Source of the DNA: Paraspadella gotoi | Taxonomy: Eukaryota; Animalia; Chaetognatha | Reading direction: 5' to 3' | DNA length: 64,000 bases | NCBI GenBank assembly: GCA_051294375.1 | Contig: CM119264.1 | Span: forward strand, 20,488,248 to 20,552,247 | Part shown: piece after piece, positions 14,101 through 28,200 of the stretch | How positions within the stretch are numbered: position 1 is the first letter of the stretch | How the letters are laid out: every line of letters starts with the position of its first letter | Notes under the pieces: generated by a model | What the model was told of the DNA's origin: nothing | Databases searched by the model: none | Seen by the model: the letters and a program-made list of their open reading frames with translations, nothing else | Position numbers and translations under genes: made by a program

Positions 14101-15628
14101 CACACTTCGTTTCTACGACAACACCCTCGCGGTGCCTCCTCCCTTCAATCTCGTAGCCATTGTCGTCTCCGGTCTGATTAAACTCGTTCTCCTCTTGAGG
14201 ACCTGTTCTTCCAAGAGGCGGGAGAACGCGGACGGCGATGCGGAGAAGGGGAGGCGTTTCTCTGAGAGGAAAGCTCACCGATGTACGGCGTCAGAAGAAT
14301 ACAAGGTCTTTCATCGCTTGTTTGTTTAATAAATCAATTTATTTGTATTGCCGTATTTTCATTCTCGTCTCTTCGTCTCCTGCTTTTTCTTTCTTATACC
14401 TCCATATTTACATATTTTCAATGAATTTTTAAAATAAAAAGATAAAGGAATGATAATGATAAAAAATTGAAACTTATTTGTCCCTAGGATTTACAGCAAG
14501 AATTGCATCAACGCTACATGATCTCTAAAGCTGAAGAAAAGTTGTTCAAAGGAAAAGTCACTCCGGAGCTGCTGAACACTGTCACGGAGTTTTTACTGAG
14601 GGAAATTCATCATTGCACCGAACTCGTTCTCAGGTCTTTCCTATCGAATAAACTTATTCATGCTTCTAAGTTGAATACGTTGAAACTCTCTTTTTAAAAC
14701 GGGAAAGAATTCATTCCTATTGAAAATCGTGAAATTGATTCCATGAAATATTTATATTTATAAATATATATATATATATAAATATATATATTTTTATCGT
14801 TTTTACGACATCGCTCAGTGTGAACGACGACCAATGCGAAGACGAGGAGGAAGAAATCATTCGATCTTATGCTTGGTGAGCAATGTAAACAAGCAGGTAC
14901 CTAAACAAAGAAAAGTCGATTTGCCGACTTGACTTGGATCCTTCATCCACAGCACCCCGCGTTTCTCGTCTCGACCCTCGATGTTCTCGTGGGATCAAAA
15001 GTGGAATCCTGGTTCGCTAGCGTCAGTGACGAGGACGAAGATGTTGGGAAGAGGATGGAGCGAAAAGGGGAAGGACAAGACATTGAAGAGACAAGCCCAA
15101 AAGTGAGGAAACTGTAGATTGACTTTCGTATGATCGATTCATTGATTGATTCATTGATTGATTCACTGATTCATGCTAATATTTTATTTTAATCCAAATT
15201 TCTACATTGATCATATTCCTAGGTTCGACGACGAGATCGAGACGAATCTTTCCTCCACGCCCACATCACCACCCTCCCCTCAAAATACGACGATATCAAG
15301 GACGCCACCGACGACCATTTCGCCACATTTTATCCGGAAGCCTTCAAAGTTGCCGACGACGTCGACGCTGAAGGAGGAAGTGGACAACGAGGGTGACGAC
15401 GTCGCCGCTTGTGATGGAATAGACAACGCCGCCTTCGACGACACGCCGCTTGATTCTGTTTGTTACGAAAACGACGCCGATGTTCGTGGACAGGAATCGG
15501 GTGACGACGGCCACCACGACGACGAACACGACGATGTTGAATTTCATGAAGACGAAAAGAAGATCAGCACAGGCGACGAGGAATACCATGACCAAGCCAA
15601 TTCTATGTTGAGCGAAACGTCAGTTTAA
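5144..15628 (+). CDS. TRPC: Transient receptor potential channel, TRPC-like, 3' portion (S2-S6, TRP domain, C-tail); 5' ankyrin exons not seen in window
   Basis: Frame-consistent GT-AG exons 5144-5358, 5492-5597, 9124-9283, 12149-12378, 12569-12754, 14093-14305, 14488-14633, 14819-14875, 14953-15102, 15223-15628. Motifs: DFWN (S3), LITEAIFSFATILAYAR (S4), LGPLQ linker, FSTLFSALFG pore helix, IMLLNLLIAIMNS (S6), LWKFNQ TRP box, VPPPFN TRP box 2, LHQRY. Confidence 0.9.
5682..7119. mobile_element. Non-autonomous hAT-type DNA transposon (1438 bp) with (GGAGCT)n subterminal repeats, in a TRP intron
   Basis: TIRs CAGGGATGTGGAGCTGG (5682) / CCAGCTCCACAACCCTG (ends 7119); perfect 8-bp TSD GTATGGAG at 5674-5681 and 7120-7127; no transposase ORF. 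Confidence 0.88.
6175..6520 (+). mobile_element. Short interspersed element with (GAC)n tract and 3' hairpin (Helitron/Helentron-like), nested in the hAT MITE
   Basis: Shares TTGGATATTATAATGAGTACTATAATCTCATTT... core with 11741-12110; ends with hairpin CGAGCCTGAACTGGCTTAGCCGGTAGGCTCG (6487-6517). Confidence 0.55.
7844..8074 (-). mobile_element. 3' fragment of a non-LTR retrotransposon ORF2 (LINE remnant)
   Basis: RLNVAVNDGVRKIFGYNRWESVRELRSMFG resembles the post-RT C-terminal region of invertebrate LINE ORF2 proteins; no RT core visible. Recognition by eye only. Confidence 0.55.
11741..12110 (+). mobile_element. Second copy of the (GAC)n / 3'-hairpin element
   Basis: Aligns to 6199-6520; hairpin GAGCCAGGACCAGGCGAAGCCTATCCTGGCTC at 12073-12104. 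Confidence 0.55.
13190..14043 (-). mobile_element. Internally deleted Tc1/mariner (Tc1, DD34E-type) transposon, 854 bp
   Basis: TIRs CAGATCTGCTCTAAAAAAGTTTAA / TTAAACATTTTTTTGAGCAGATCTG with TA on both flanks (13188-89, 14044-45). Minus-strand relic from ATG 13845: HTH region SRYRIAKQLHFSPTAICRVV and catalytic-end motif PGISPDCNIIENVW (WPxxSPDLNPIENxW family), with in-frame stops. Confidence 0.92.
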
Positions 15629-16290
15629 ACTGAAACAAGACATCTAGCTTTTGTGTGTTTTTTTCATTTGTGTTGTTTTTGTTTTGCGCTTCGTAAAGAT
15701 AAATTGCCTAAAGCTGACACGTGTTTGCCTGATATCTCTCTGGTTTTGCCAATTTTACTTGATCGCTAAATTATTTAAGACATTCAAACATCTTTGTTGC
15801 AGTCTAGGATTCCGGAATCTCTCAATGAGTGGTCCTCTATCCGCGAGACCGAAATGATAATACTGTGATATGCCGTGATTATATGCAAGAATCAATCGTC
15901 AAACTTTGCACACTGGTTAAGTATATTCATTATTTCATTATCGATGAGAAAATATAGAGAAAAAGAGTTTATGACTGATGGGTTATACTGACTCACGAAT
16001 ATTAAGGTTCACGACCACAATATTAATTCATCGTGATTAAAATTTAAAAAAGGACATTTACATTTTTTTTCTTATCACTGTTGAAAACTTCCTTCGTTGA
16101 AGATTGACTTCAGCCGCTTTGAAATTATCGCGGCGATAGGGAATAATTTAGCTAACATAAAAAAAGTTCAGCAATTAGTCAGTGTGATGAAGGGAAAAAA
16201 ACTTTGTTACAAATAACCATGATTCGGCAATCGGCATTGTTTCGTCGCAATTTGCCAATAATTAATCTCGGCTAATTTTTTCCGCACGTT

Positions 16291-19200
16291 TCAGTTTCCG
16301 TTGAAATTCCTTCCGAGACTGGACGATCGCAGTAAAGCGGCTTGACTTCCTGGCGAAGTTCCTCGTCCGGTCGTGGCGTCGAGGCTCGCGCCCATCATCC
16401 AACTCTTTTCCTAGGGAGAAGAATTAACTGAAAAATTATTTAGGAACCATAGTAAAACGTAAAATATACGCAATTATAATAAATAGATAGATACGTATAT
16501 ATATATATATATATATTTATATGTATTAACGCTCTTGGCGGCTCAGTTAATAATAATAATAATAATAGTAATATTATTAATAACATAATAATAATAATAT
16601 ATAGGCAAAAAAAAAGATAGAACGGAAAGAAAGAAAGAAAGAATAAAAAAGAAAGAAAGAAGAAAGAAAGAAAGAGAAAGAAAGAATAAAAAAGAAATAA
16701 AGAACGGAAAGAAAGAGAAAAAAATTAAGAAAAATGATAGAAAGAAAGAACGCTTACTGCATTTGTGGTCATATTCCGTCCCCGTTGACGACCGGCGGAA
16801 CCCATCGTCCATTTGGAGGGGGTCGTGGTCGTCGCAGCCGAGGTTGACATCACGTGACTTCCTCCTTCGCGGCCATCGACGTCATACTGAGAGAGAGAGA
16901 GAGAGAGAGATATATATATATATATAATCTTCTAAATCAAAGTGTCTGATCTTGAGGCTTAATATTTGAACTTAGATTCCGCTTCTAACCAAACAGGAAC
17001 GCGGAAAACCAAACCACTTTGTCGTTGGAACAGACTATGCGAAAAAAGCGATGGGACTTCGGAGATTATTACGATTGGAGCCAAAATACCAGCGACTGGA
17101 TGGATTACAGGTCGGGAACAGTCCGACTGTTTATAGTACCGAGACAAAAGGGCAAAGTCACGAAACGTCCCTCTCCATTCAGCCACGACCAAATCGACAA
17201 TCGCCCCCTATCGTCGGCGGAGATAATTTTCTACGCCAAAGTGGGCGCCATCGTCGCAGCGGTCCTCCTCATTTGCTGCTGTTGCGTCTGTTTCGTAATC
17301 TGCGGCCCTTTGGCAAAGGGTAAGGCAGAACATGTTTGTGATTGCAATTGTAATTTACCCGTAAACTATTCTAGGCTGCGGTAACTGCGGAAAACTTTGT
17401 AACCTATGCTGCAATGCTTGCAAAGACGCATGCTGTTGCTACGATCCTTCCTACAGGTCTGGTAGAGAATTTATCCCTCCTTTTCTTTTTCACATCTAAA
17501 TTCTAAAGGCACTCTTGCCTATCTTACCTTCAGACTCCTAAAAGAGGGAGCCGAAGAGATGGGGCTGGAAATGCCCCCCTACGACGACTACGCGCTCTGG
17601 CGAGACTCGATCCGTCACGGAACGAAAGAAATGATCAAGGAAGAGATAGAGAACGACCCTAAAGCCTTCTTTACCGCCTTCGCGTCAAAATGAAGACTCA
17701 GACGGAGATTCAATCTTTCCTTTTTCCTTCTTCCATTTTCACTCTTTCCTCCCGTCCCTCTCTTTCTTTGACAGCGAAGACAAATCCGAAGGCCGCGTAT
17801 GAATTATTCATTTTCTTTATCGACTCAATTAAGAATATTCCTTTGAATCTTCAAAATATATTAAATAAAAGTCATTATTTAGCTACGTATAATGCAGGGA
17901 TTAACACATCATCATAAAATGTTGCGTTTTTAACGAAAAAAGTAAGGTCCATAATGAAAGAACCTTACCTTTTGCGTGCAAACGTAGCACGCTGCGACGA
18001 CTTGAGACATGAGCTGCATCAGGTCCTTCGTTTCTTGAATCAGCCCGTCAACCTACAAAAAAAGGAGAGTTTTTAAATTTTACGTTTCTTATAAAAATGA
18101 ACATTTATATATATAAATGTTATAATATATTTATATATATATGTAATTAAGTATATTTTTTTTCTCGCTACGTATCAAAAGGCACGACCTTCGTGAAAGT
18201 GGAAGACTTTCCGGTTGATGGCGTCTTGATAATGTAGTTCAGACTCTGACAGAAGGAGGGGACGTTGTCCAACTGGACGAGCAGTTCCGACTTGTGGTTC
18301 CCGTTTGGGACGAAGGAAGAAAACTCTTTGATGGTTCGATAGAGTTTGATGCCCTCCTCAGCGTAATATAGGGCTTGGGTGAAAAGGTCTTCGGTCGTCC
18401 TGGGAAAAGATTGAAAAATTAACATCTGAGCTCCTATCTTTCATTTCCATCGATTACAACTATTGTGATCATCCCAAGTGTTCGTAACCTAAGGAGACCC
18501 TCGAACTCACCGCAGCGGCCCTTCGCCCCTCGTAAAGAGATACATGGAAAATGCCATCGAGGACATGTTCTTCGCCCTTTTGACGAGATCGTTGTTGGGT
18601 TCTTCCCATTTGTCCGTCTCAGCGTCCATCTGAGACGTCGTCATTTTTAGTTCCAATCCTGGAAACCAATTAATAAAAACTTGTCTTTACAATTTTTTTT
18701 TAAAAATTCCAACGCTTGATCTAATCAGTGAACTCACCCGCCTTGGCGATCTTAGCTTGTTCCTCCGGATTTAGCTTGACAGGCGGAGGTGCTTTAAACG
18801 TCGTGCCGTGCTTGCCCGGTCTGGGAAGCGACATGTACACAGTCTTGTTAGTCGTCGTCGGCGGTTTTCCCGCGCAAAAATCCGCCACCTGAAAATGAAA
18901 TGAAAAAAACAACAAACAAATGGATGTACAATTGTACATAAGTTAAATTGAGTTGGGAACTGGCGTTATGTAGGGCTCAGGAACGTTACCTCTTTGACTA
19001 AAATTGAGAGATCGTTGAGCTGCGATTCCCAAGCGTCTACGAAGACGTCGAAATTTTCTCGTGTCAATCGACTGAGAAAAATAATGTAAAGAATGAATTC
19101 GTTAACCATACAAACTTTGAAAACGTCTGACCAAAGTTGAACAAAATGCACGAAATTATATTTTACATGTTGCTCAGAAATAAAAAACAGGTTATGAGAA

Positions 19201-22200
19201 AGACGCAACACAACACCTGTTGGGGTAAGAGGACAGGGTCTGGGCGGCGGTGATTGTCTGCGGCCCCAGACTTTCGATCATCATCTCACAGTGCTCAGCC
19301 GAAATCACCAGCGGCACGCTGCCGGCCACGTGACGTAGAAGCTTACAAACCTAAAAGCGAAAATTCTATTGAATTATATTTTTTGTCATATTAACTATGA
19401 AATTACTTCGAAAAACTTTTTTTTTCGGTCGATTAATCACTATATTGCTAAGTTAGTCGATTGTTCTAGATTTTGCATCAAACAGAAGCTTCACCTCCTG
19501 CAGCCGCTCGGCGTGTTCGTGGAATTTGACGGAAATCTCGTCGACAGCGTCGCCTTGCGCCGCGAGTCCCGCCTCCCGCAGCGACGCCAGGATCGCCTGA
19601 TCCTCCCCGCCGCGGTAAATGTCCTGCGCCTGATCCAACGCTGTCTCCTACGTTTGGAAAATGAGTCACAAAAAAAAAAAATAATTGGCGCCAATGTCAT
19701 ATCCTATCAGGGCATACTTTGCGTCCAACCTGCAACTGTTTCCGAAGTTGATCAGTGGATTTGAGAATTTTGCTGATCGCGGCTTCCATGTCTTCGTTAG
19801 GGGAGGAAGGGTCCAGCGAATCGCCGATCTCCTTTCCTACCTGAAAATGCGCGCAACGAAATTATTCATATGTAATAACTTGTATTCCATGTACTAAGCA
19901 CCTCTAACAAAGTCATAAGTTCGTTGCTGATCTTGTCCGCCTGTTCCAGGATTCTCTCTCTGTATTCGTGGTTGGTGTAAGCCGAGTCTGTAAAGTCTTG
20001 CGTGTTCTCCACCACGGATTCCAAACCACTGAATCAAAAGTATCTTTTAATTTGGCCTTTATTTTAAGTTCTTTTTCTTTTTAAAATTAAATACAGTATA
20101 CGAAGTATAGCATACAGTCTACGTTAAGGCGTAGTAAAATTTCTAAATTTAACTTTAATTAAAATTCTAAAAGTGAGGAATAAACAACATTATACTAATG
20201 AACATTTATGTAAATAAAAACTTTATAATAAATTTTTCAATTTACGCAGTAGGCCATATTTATACTAGTACTAAACCAATAAATGTTAAAATTTCAAAAC
20301 AGTTTTTTCTAAGATATTTTTGCAGATTTGGATTCGTCATAAAAAGTTGGGAAAAAGAAATATAACTCTTTTTTAAAAGTTCCTTCATTAAGTGGGTCAA
20401 AAATTATAAAAAGATTATATTCAAATCTCGCAATCAAAATTAAGAAAAGCCTAATCTTTGAATTTTTTTCGATTTTATAAGGATAGTACTATATATAAAT
20501 ATAGCCTACTGCGAAAATTAAAAAACATAAAATTAATTTTTTTTATAAATTAATGTCCACTGATGGTATGTTGTTCATAATTAACTTTTAAAATTTTCGT
20601 ATGTAACTTTCACTACGCCTTAGTCTACGTCTTTCATTTTACACGATGATTATTTGCGGGGTGAAACTAGCCAATGCCCACTCCACACTCACCTGGTCAA
20701 CTTATGCGTCGTGGAGGGACAGATGCCTGTGACCCTCGTCATCTCTACGGTGTCCTCGAAGGATTTTATGGCGCGATGCACCGTCACTTCGCTTCCAGGA
20801 GAAAGTGGGACGTCCGAGCCTGCGCCCTCCCCGCCATCGTCGTCTCCTAGCGATAGAACCGAATTTGATGAGAATAAAAAGTAGATATTAAATATTTTGA
20901 AAACAAACAAATAAAAATGACCGACAGAAACAAATTCTCGTCGTCCAAGTGAAGGCAACAATAAAAACGAAATTACGTGAAACTTGTCCGTCGACGACGA
21001 CGTAAGTCATGAGATCCAAAGCCTGGCGCATCTGGGCGAAGACTCCGTCGCGGTTCATCCTCGCTGCTTCGCTGTCCGGGTGGCGAAGGCAGGTCTGATC
21101 CGGGAATACCCCATAAAAAATTCTTAATGTACTATGTAGGACCTAGTTACTCTTGCCAATTGTTATTTAATATGTACATACCTTGCAGGACGTAAGTAAC
21201 ATCATTGTTGATTTTTCCAGAACGGCTCGAGCGGCTGCCATTTGGGCCCTGAATTCATTTAAATAAAATTGTACAACCAATATAAAAATTATCCATTCAT
21301 TTAATAAATAAGCTATCTTTCCCCTGACTTTGGACAAGCTTTGGTGGTTTAAGGCCTCCATCACTCTTACAAGATAATGACATTGCAGGTCCCTGCAAGC
21401 TTTCAATCCAGACTCTCTCATAGTCTCGTTTATTGACTCCCTGAATATTTGGCTTCCCTATCTATGAAGTTGTATAATATTTCTATCAATGTTTCAATTG
21501 TATGTAAAGACCCTTAAGTATCAGATCGGGGAATACTATATTGTACTCTGCCCAGCATCAAAATACAAGGAGATTTATTATATAAATTGGTACAAGCAAT
21601 AAAAAATTATCTATTCATTTAACATTTGACATTTAACAGTTAACATGGTAATTAACAACTTAAGTTAAGTTGAGTTAAGTTAACAAGTAATTAAATTATA
21701 TTACGGAATTACCTTCGCTTTTCGTCTTTCAAATCGTTTTGTCTGTCCCCAGTCAAATGAGCCAAGTCAACCATCTCCGATCCAAAATGGGAAAATTCCT
21801 AGAGAACAGTTGTTTCTTATTTATTGTCTTTCTTAGATTAATATGTATGTTGACTAAATTAAGTATGTCTAAACTTACCTTAACAAATTCCGAGAACGTT
21901 TGTACTTTTTCCAAATTGTCCAAACTCGTCGCCACCTAAGGATGAAAAAACACTAAAGTCTAAACTTTAAAGTAATAAACAGTGACCAATATATGAGTTA
22001 CTATTAGATGAGCACCAACAAAACAATATAATGTTACTATATGTATATTGAAGACACGTCCTATACTAGTTCTAGTATCTCCTACTCTAAATAATTATGG
22101 CCTTTTGGGAAACAAGTAACAAGTTAAAGATCAATTACATTTTCCACATACAAACAATCAAGACAACAAAAATTTATTCGTCGTTTAACAAAGTTTAATT

Positions 22201-25200
22201 AAAAAATAACAGTAATACTTCCATCGCAGCACTATGATTTAATATATTATTTTATATTTTATAATAGTTTATTCTTAACAACAACAATGACGAGATTTTC
22301 AAGCTCAATTAGCGAGTAGAAATTAGTGATGGCAATCGTTAGTTTGAGTGAGAATTATCGAGCTGAATTAAATGGCTGAAAAAATAAATATCAAAACACT
22401 GTTTCTCATTCTAATCTGATTTATGGCGCATTTCAATGGTTTCATTTCGCAAAATTTACAAGACTTTTATTTTTATTAATAAAATTAAGTATACATGTAT
22501 ATGCAAGGGACATAGTATTAATAAAATTAAACAAATATAAATATAATTAATCTTAATTCACATGTTATATCTCTAATAACTAAATTTTTATCAAATCAGT
22601 TAACGTCAAAGTGTAATATATACAAAACTAAAGTCGACTATAATATTATATACAATATTTAATCAGTAAAAATCAATTACGTCAATCCCGTCCATGAATA
22701 CTCCTCCGGCTTCAAACTATTCATTTCCGTGCCTCCCACAGTCCAAATGACCAAGGCAAAAATGTCCAAGCAAAAGGCATCTGCTCCGGCCAAATGGGGC
22801 AAAATTTTGCGCTCAAGGAGAACAGTTGTTTCTTATTTATTAGGATACTTGGCTCTTGAGATTAAATGCTACGTGGGACCTAAATTAAGTAGCTACGACC
22901 CCAATAAACTACACTGTTTGATAACCTTGCTCTAGACAATTTAGGTACCGGTGGGAAGGAGAAAACGGTATTTTTGTTGTACTTTTGTGCGCATTCAACA
23001 ATGGTTCCAAACCATTACTAAATCTTTTTACTTATTTTAACCTCGTTACTGGTGTCACCAACCCATCCAAGTAAACTAAAATTGCTGGAATTAAAAATCA
23101 AAAACCAATTGGAACATAGAATAAACACGATCGAGATTCAAAATAAACTAGAATGGTGGTGGGATTAGAGAAATATGTGTGACAAACAGGCTTGATTTGA
23201 TCACAAATTTATAATGAAGTTGTTGGTGACTTACGATTAATGAAGTGGGAATGAGTTTAAATGAACAGAAAATGAATGATCACAATTTACTTGACAACTC
23301 ATATTACCACCAACACAATATTAACCCATACAATAATTTATAAATAGATTAATCCGAGCATGAAATTTTGGGGTGAGAGGAGAAGACGAAGGTTGTGAAG
23401 AGAGTCTAGATTATACTACGTTTTTGAAGAGGAATTTGTTGCAGCAATGATGGAAATGACGCTTTAAAAAAAATGGAAAAAAAACTAAAAGTCAAAAATA
23501 TTAAACAAAAGTCCTGAAATCCACTAATTACTTTATTCTTATAAAAAGGACACATCGATGATTGGATCACAGCTCTGTTTTATAAATTCCATATCCTAAC
23601 TTTTATTAAATATATCTATAAATTCTAAACGATTTAAATTAATATTAATCGACATTATTAAAATATAAATTTCAATCTAATTAATAGTTCCGTTTAAGGT
23701 CAGCAATCCGAGACAAATTCGCATTATTAAGTCAATAAGAATTCCAATCATTAAAGCAAAAACTTATTGGTTATTAATTTCAACCACTCACCCTATCATT
23801 TTTTTTAATAATATATTATATTTATTAGTTATAAAAACTATTAAACATTTTATATTTATTATTATCATAAGACACAATTATTTTAATTTTTTTAAATTAT
23901 AATATTATTTTTTTTAACACAAACAGATTATATAGTTAGATGTATTTATTAATTACCTATCGAATTTTTATCCACTTAATGAATAGAATTTTTAAAAATG
24001 ATTTAATTTTTTTTTATCAACTTATGACGAGGAATTCAAATCTGCAATCAAAATTTTAAAAAACCTATTTTTGAAATTTTCGATTTTATAAGGATAGTAC
24101 TATATATATAATATAGCGTACTGCGAAAATTAAAAAAACATAAATTAATTTTTTTTTACAAATTAATGTTCAATGATGGGTATCGTTGTTCATAATTGAC
24201 TTTTAGAAATTCCGTACGTAACTTTCACTAATTTTTTTCACTTTCNNNNNNNNNNNNNNNNNNNNNNNNNAAGTTACGTACGGAATTTCTAAAAGTCAAT
24301 TATGAACAACATACCCATCATTGAACATTAATTTGTAAAAAAAAATTAATTTATGTTTTTTAATTTTCGCAGTACGCTATATTTATATAAAGAGAGAGAT
24401 GTTAACATGTTGTTCTTAAATTAAATATATTTAACTTTTTGGATACAGTCATTTCAGCCTGATACCGAAAAAACTATCATGATGAAGATTAAAATTATTA
24501 AGTAATAATGATTGACGATGATAATATAAAATATATTTAAAATATAAAAATTAAAATTATTAAATAAAATGAGTAATAAACAACGAAGGAAGTAGGCGGT
24601 GGTTTATGATATTGATCATGATCAAATCCGTTTTCCTGCGATGATAAATGTCGAATGATTAAGTATTTTAATGATTTTAACCCAAAAATATTTTTACTTT
24701 ATTGTGACTGTTTCTCGCATTTACTTCGCAATGAACTATGGTTAGCAATGTTAACCGAAATATATTGCTCAAATAAAAATGCGTTTCCTCATAAAACGAT
24801 GTTAATCACCAATACGATGTGAATAAGAAACAAAAAATAAATAGGCATAGGCCTTAATTGGATTTTAAAATGACCCTTAATTTCCCCCAGGAGAAAAGAT
24901 CCGCCACCTGACGCGCGCCGCCGATGATCTCCGAAATATGACGGACTCGTCGTCGGCGGCGTCGGGCGGCGCCTCTTTCAAGGACAAGACATCCCTCGTC
25001 CGCGCCGCGCGGAGGGCTCCTTTCCGCCGTCACCAAGTCTTGCTGCTCGCGGACAGGGTCGTCAGCATCAGCTCTTGGCCGCCAAAACCAAAGTTGAGTC
25101 CCTCGCTAGTAAGGCGTAGTAAAATTTCTAAATTTAACTTTAATTAAAATTCTAAAAGTGAGGAACGAACAACATTATACTTATAAACATTTATGTATAA

Positions 25201-28200
25201 AAAACTTTATAATAAATTTTTCAATTTACACAGTAGGCCATATTTATACTAGTACTAATCCAATAAATATTAAAATTTCAAAACAGTTTTTCTAAGATTT
25301 TTTTTCAGATTGGATTCGTTAAAAAAGTGATAAAAAGAAATATAACTCTTTTTGAGAAATTCCTTCATTAAGTGGGTCAAAAATTTAGAAAAAGCTATAT
25401 TTAAGCTGAAAATTAATTTTATATATTAAATATAGTTTTTTAGTCGGATCTGCTTATCAGCAGATCCCGACTCTATAATTCACTTTGTCCGGTCCGTCGG
25501 TCCGCCCTCTCAATATTGTTCGGGCACTAATTATATCATGTCTAGAACATCGAATTATGATAAATTATGAAAAAAAATGATGTCCGTCTGTCCGTCCGTC
25601 CGTCCATCCCACCTTAGCAAAAAACACGAATTACTCGTGATTGGATGGTGGATTTGAATAAATTTTGTGTGTGGGTAGGGAGTGTGTGATTAGAGCTGGA
25701 TATAAAGTTTTGATGGAATTGTCCGAGTGGAAATGAGTTTAAATGGAAAAAACAAAAAAATTAATTCACTATTTGAACCACTAATTGCTCATGAGTGGAT
25801 GCGGGCGATTGACCTGGAATTTTTTATGTGAGTAGGAAAGTGTGTGATTGAACAGGAAACCAAGCTTTGATGGAATCGTTTGAGTGGAAATGGATTAAAT
25901 GAAAAAAAACAAAAACCTGTTTCACTAATTGGATTATGATTTTTTTTCTTTTATATTAAATGTATATGCAGATGTATTAATAAATCAAATAATTAATCAG
26001 TTAATTATCAATTAGTCAATTAATAATCACTAATTAATTAATCAGTCAATCCAATCCGTCCATCCGTCCCACCTTAGCAAAACAGCCCCAATAACTCGTG
26101 ATTGCCTGGTTGGATCGCGAATGAAATTTTGTGTATGGGTAGGAAACATGTGTGATGAAGCTGGATATAAAGTTTCGATGGAATCGTGTGAGTGGATATG
26201 AGTTTAAATGGAAAAACATAAGTCGCATTTACATAAAATCTTTTTACTTATTTTAACCAATAAATACTCTAATTAATCATAATTGGAAGGATAGATTGAA
26301 GTTCAAATAAAGTGTGTGGGTAGGAAAATGTGTGACCAAGCTTGATATAAAGTTTTGGGTACGAGTGGAAATGAGTTTAAATGAAAGAAATATGAGTCAC
26401 ATTTACTTGAACTCATATTACCCATAATAAGATTGAGATGAAATTTTGTGAGCGGGAAGGAAGTTTTGTGAAGAAGCTAGATATAAAGTTTTGACGGAAT
26501 TGTGCCAGTGGAAATGAGTTTAAATGAAAAAAATAAGTCACATTTCTTTATTTTAAGGACATCGATGATGATAGCTGTATATAAATTGATAATTAATTAT
26601 TAAATATTAAAATTAATTAATTAATTAATCGATTAATTATTTAATTAATTAATTAATTTTCGTAGGCAGATCCACATTGTTGCTCAAACTTGTTTAATTT
26701 TAACCATTAATGAAAGAATTTTTAAAAATGATTTATTTTTTTTTTATCAACTTATGACGAGGAATTCAAATCTGCAATCAAAATTTTAAAAAAACCTATT
26801 TTTGAAATTTTTCGATTTTATAAGGATAGTCTATAATANNNNNNNNNNNNNNNNNNNNNNNNNTTTATATCAAGCTTGGTCACACATTTTCCTACCCACA
26901 CACTTTATTTGAACTCAATCTATCCTTCCAATTATGATTAATTAGAGTATTTATTGGTTAAAATAAGTAAAAAGATTTTAGTAAATGGAACCCATACACA
27001 AAATTTCATTCCGATCCAACCAGGCAATCACGAGTTATTGGGGCTTTTTGCTAAGGTGGGACGGATGGACGGATTGATTGACTGATTAATTAATTAGTGA
27101 TTAATTAATTGACTAATTGATTAATTAACTGATTAATTATTTGATTTATTAATACATCCTGCATATACATTTAATATAAAAGGAAAAAAAATCATAATCA
27201 ATTAGTGAAACAGGTTTTTGTTTTTTTTCATTTAAACTCATTTCCACTCAAACGATTCCATCGAAGCTTGGTTTCCTGTTCAATCACACACTTTCCTACT
27301 CACATAAAAAATTCCAGGTCAATCGCCCCATCCACTCATGAGCAATTATTTAACTTTAATTAAATTCTAAAAGTGAGGAACGAACAACATTATACTTATA
27401 AACATTTATGTATAAAAAAATTTTATATAAATTTTCAATTTACACAGTAGGCCATATTTATACTAGTACTAATCCAATAAAATATTAAAATTTCAAAAAC
27501 AGTTTTTTCTAAGATTTTTTTTCAGATATGGATTCGTTTATAAAAAGTGATAAAAAGAAATATAACTCTTTTTGAGAAATTCCTTCATTAAGTGGGTCAA
27601 AAATTAGAAAAAGCTATATTTAAGCTGAAAATTAATTTTTATATATTAAATATAGTTTTTAGTCGGATCTGCTTATCAGCAGATCCCGACTCTATAATTC
27701 ACTTTGTCGGTCCGTCGGTCCGCCCTCTCAATATTGTCGGGCACTAAATTATATCATGTCAGAACATCGAATTATGATAAATTATGAAAAAAAATGTCCG
27801 TCTGTCCGTCCGTCCGTCCATCCCACCTTAGCAAAAAAACACGAATTACTCGTGATTGGATGGATGGATTTGAATGAAATTTTGTGTGTGTGGTAGGGAA
27901 GTGTGTGATTTGAGCTGGATATAAAGTTTTGATGGAATTGTCCGAGTGGAAATGAGTTTAAATGGAAAAAACAAAAAAATATAATTCACTATTTGAACAC
28001 TAATTGCTCATGAGTGGATGGGGGGATTGACCTGGAATTTTTTATGTGAGTAGGAAAGTGTGTGATTGAACAGGAAACCAAGCTTCGATGGAATCGTTTG
28101 AGTGGAAATGGTTTAAATGGAAAAAAAACAAAAACTGTTTCACTAATTGATTATGATTTTTTTCTTTTAATATTAAATGTATATGCAGGATGTATAATAA

